Of a stretch of 64,000 nt of DNA, positions 61,434 through 64,000 are shown in pieces (positions within the stretch are counted from its first letter, which is position 1; the number at the start of each line of letters is the position of its first letter). This stretch comes from Isurus oxyrinchus (Eukaryota). The notes under the pieces are model-generated. The model made no database searches and was not told the DNA's origin. It saw nothing but the letters and a program-made list of their open reading frames with translations. Location of the stretch: positions 113,026,001-113,090,000 of the forward strand of contig JANJGN010000010.1 in NCBI GenBank assembly GCA_026770705.1, read 5' to 3'. Made by a program: the position numbers and the translations under genes.

Positions 61434-64000
61434 AGCAACCACAATCTAGGACAAAGTATACAATAAGAAATTTTGGATGCTTGTGATAAAGGGACAGCAA
61501 TAAACATGGGTGATTTTGATCTACATGTAAACTGGAAAAATTAGACTGGCAGTAGTAGCCTGGATGAGGAGTTCTTAGAAAGCTTTCAAGAGAGTTCTTA
61601 GAGCAGCATGTTCTGGAACCCACCAGAGAGCAAGTTATATTAGACTTCATATTGTGTAATGTGATATAATTAATTAATGACCTCAGAGTAAAGGCACCCC
61701 GAGGCAGCAGTGACCGCAATATAATTGAATTTTACATCCAGCTTGAAAGGGAGAAGATGAGTATTTTAAACTTAAAAAAGGGCAACTATGTGGGCATGGA
61801 ATCTGAGCTTGCTGAAGTGAACTGGGATACTAGGCTAGAGGATAAATTAATAGAGAAGCAGTGGCAGGGTTTTTGAGGGGTTTTTTTAGAATATACGGAA
61901 TAAATATATTCCTATTTTAAAGAAAAATTCTAAGGGGAGGAGCCACCATCCGTGGTTAACTAAAGAAGTTAAGGAAAGCATCAAACTTGAGGAAAAAGCA
62001 TATAACAAGTCAGATGATTAGTCTGAATGAGGAACGACAGAGAATGACTAAAAGGTTAATCAGGAGAAAGAAATGAGAGTATGAGAGGAAGTTAGCTACT
62101 AATGTAAAAGCAGAAACCAAGAGGTATTTAAAAATGAAAAGAGTAAGTAAAGTGAGTGTTTGTTCTCTAGAGAGTGACAATGGGGAGTTAATAATAGATA
62201 AGGAAACAATGGATGAAATGAACAAATATTTTGCTTCTGTCTTCACTGTAGAAGATACAAAAAACATTGCAGTAATAGTTGTAAATCAGGAAATGGAAGG
62301 GAGAGAGGAACTTGGTGAAATTACAATCACTAGGGATGCAGTCTTGAGCAAATTGATGGAGCTGCGGGCTGACAAGTCTTTGGGTCCTGATGGACGTCAT
62401 CCAAGGGTCTTAAAAGAGGTGGCTAATGAGGTAGTAGATGCAATGGTGTTAATTTTCCAAAATTTGCTAGATTCTGGGAAGGTTCCAAAAGATTGGAAAG
62501 TAGCAAATATAACCCCTCTATTCAGAAAGGGAGGGAGGCAGAAAACAGTAAAGTATAGGCCAGTTAGCTTGGCATGCATTGTGGGGAAGATGTTAGAACC
62601 GATCATTAAGGAGGTTATAGCTGGGCACCTAGAAAAAATCAAGGTAACTGGGAAAGATCAGCATGATTTTTGTGAAAGGGAAATCATGTTTAACCAAATT
62701 ATTGGAGTTATTTGAAGGAGTAACATGCGCTGTGGATAGAGGGAAGCCTGTAGAGATACTGTACTTGGATTTCCAGAAGGCACTTTTTAATGTGCCACAT
62801 CAAAGGTTATTGCAGAAAATAAAAGCTCATGGTGTAAGGAGTAACATATAAGCCTGGATAGATGATTGGCTGGCTGGCAGAAAACAGAGCATGCATAAAT
62901 GGGTCTTTTTCTGATTGCTAGGATGTGACGAATGAGTCCCGCAGGGGTCTATGTGGGACCTCAATTTTTTACAATTTGTATCAATGACTTAGATGAGGGG
63001 AGTGAAGGCATGGTAGCTAAATTTGCAGATGACACAAAGATAGGTGGGAAAGTAGGTTGTAAAGTGGACATAAGGAGGTTGCAGACAGATATAGATAGGT
63101 TGAGTGAGTGTGCAAGTATCTGGCAGATGTAGTATAATGTGGGAAAATGTGTAATTGTTCATCTTGGCAGGAAGAATTAAAAAAACAGAGTATTACATAA
63201 ATGGAGAATGCCTGCAGAATTCCGAGGTGCAGAGGGATCTCGGTATTCTCGTACATGTGTCACAAAAAGTTAGTATGCAGCTACAGTAAGTAATTAAGAA
63301 GGCTAATGGAATGCTATCTTTTATTACGAGAGGAATTGAACATCTCAGTAAGAATGTTATGCTTCAGTTGTACAGGGCATTGGTGAGACCACATCTTGAA
63401 TATTGTGTGCAGTTTTGGTCTCCTTACTTAAGAAAAGATGTAGATGCATTGGAGGCGGTTCAAAGGAGGTTTATCAGATTGATCCTGGAATGAGCAGGAT
63501 GTCTTTTGAGGAAAGGTTGGACAGACTGGGCTTGTTCCCTCTGGAGTTTAGAAGAGTGAGACATGACATTGAAGCATATAAGATCCTGAACGGTCTCAAC
63601 AAGGTGAATGTGAAAAAGGATGTTTCCTCTTATGGCTGAGACCAGAACTAGGGGGTCACTGTTTTAAAATGAGAGGTCTCCTTTTAGGACAGAGACGAGG
63701 AAAATTTTTTCTGAGGGTTGAGCAACTTTGGAACTCTCTGCCTCAGAAAGCGGTGGAGGTGGGGTCATTGAATATTTTTAAGGTGGAAATAGATAGATTC
63801 TTGTTAGGTAAGAGACTCAAAGGTTATAGGAGATAGATGGGAATGTGGAATTTGAAACACAAACAGATCAGCCATGATCTTCTTGAATGGTGAAGCGGGC
63901 TCGATTGGCCCAATGGTCTACTCCTGCCCCTATTTCTTATGTTCGTGTATTGTGTATCAAGCGTTAGCTGCTACTGTATAAGTAACATGTAGATCTAGAA

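Larger units (their letters stand above)
57030..63945 (+). mobile_element. Full-span decayed CR1 LINE with two nested insertions
   Basis: 5' UTR gagataaaa repeats as at 420/497; ORF1 57592 (CCSCGMW..IIDLEAELQTL). ORF2 motifs YLNA, MGDF, GPDGRHPRVL, FADDTK and LEYCVQFW; tail cctatttcttatgttc at ~63930. Confidence 0.92.

Noticed and set aside
1-64000. CRISPR array, rRNA, intact tRNA or prokaryotic operon
   Set aside because: No regularly spaced direct repeats or such RNA genes were seen; the content is vertebrate transposon-derived.

Overview
This is eukaryotic, repeat-dense DNA, most likely intronic or intergenic sequence from a cartilaginous fish. The evidence is Deu-domain (SacSINE1-like) SINEs together with abundant CR1, L2, Penelope-like and Harbinger elements. 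I cannot confidently identify any host protein-coding gene; a few splice-site-bounded candidate exons are flagged at low confidence. The window is a stack of nested transposons: three near-full-length decayed CR1 LINEs, L2 fragments, a second unclassified LINE family, a ~6.7-kb two-gene PIF/Harbinger element plus older remnants, Harbinger, hAT and Tigger-like MITEs, solo LTRs, and a U6 retrocopy. It also holds a Neptune-type Penelope element with an uninterrupted 454-aa RT/GIY-YIG ORF nested inside an older copy. The most notable observations are: (1) a head-to-tail stack of at least four 5'-truncated Tx1-like 3' ends, suggesting repeated site-specific insertion; (2) minimal hammerhead-ribozyme motifs at Penelope 3' ends, two with a variant CUGUYGA core; (3) a ~524-bp-arm, CpG-rich inverted repeat apparently formed by local inverted duplication, with smaller events of the same kind elsewhere; (4) a 5'-inverted LINE with twin-priming geometry. 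All family assignments come from motif recognition by eye, not database searches, and boundaries without a TSD are approximate.
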